Assembly (NCBI RefSeq): GCF_002571385.2
Contig: NW_019217860.1
Span: 514,856-578,855 of the forward strand
Reading direction: 5' to 3'
Length of the DNA stretch: 64,000 nt
DNA from: Stylophora pistillata
Taxonomy: Eukaryota
This document shows positions 63,680 through 64,000 of this stretch, one piece after another; the first letter of the stretch is position 1; every line of letters begins with the position of its first letter. A model generated the notes under the pieces. It saw only the letters and a list, made by a program, of their open reading frames with translations, searched no databases and was not told the DNA's origin. The position numbers and the translations under genes were made by a program.

Positions 63680-64000
63680 ACATATGAAATACATATATAT
63701 GAACTGCGGTTATGAAACGTATATGTGCACGATCCTTCGCAGTAAAGCACTATTTAAGCAATAGTGAAAATCAGACCTGAAAAAAATTCAGGCCTGTACG
63801 GGATTCGAACCACTGACCTCTGCGATACTAGTGCAGCGCTCTACCAATTGAGCTAACAAGCCAACTGGGAGCAGGCCATCAAATTAATTCGACATAAACC
63901 CGTAGATGATAAATCAAACAACAACAAACATATGAAACATATGTATGAACTGCGGTTATGAAACGTATATGTGCACGATCCTTCGCAGTAAAGCACTATT
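63680..64000. repeat. tRNA-derived ~245-bp tandem repeat (same family), continuing off the window
   Basis: tRNA-like head on the minus strand at 63790-63862. The unit restarts at ~63925. Confidence 0.85.

Overview
Eukaryotic, AT-rich, intron-rich animal DNA. Gene content and repeat families suggest a cnidarian, probably a stony coral (inference). There are three assembly gaps (236-287, 17068-17074, 43861). From left to right the window holds: (1) a multi-exon DUF4062-NACHT-WD40 (NWD1/NWD2/TEP1-like) gene on the minus strand, which runs off the left edge; (2) ZC4H2 (minus), with its middle exon probably lost in a gap; (3) tRNA-Lys(UUU); (4) a 16-exon SLC35F6 gene (plus); (5) a three-gene tandem cluster, 35.5-56.3 kb; (6) a two-exon Ariadne-like RBR E3 ligase with a long unrecognised N-terminus. 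In the cluster, one recently duplicated two-exon discoidin (F5/8C) cassette is attached to two different front ends. Two genes are secreted PAN/apple-EGF proteins and one is a type II membrane furin-collagen-Ig3 protein. Discoidin variation is concentrated in the predicted ligand-binding loops. Repeats include a 27-bp palindromic satellite with a 269-bp higher-order unit, tRNA-derived tandem/inverted arrays, SINEs, MITEs, LINE 3' ends, and an intronic hairpin carrying a minimal hammerhead-ribozyme motif in each arm. Exon boundaries were read by eye and may be off by a few bases.
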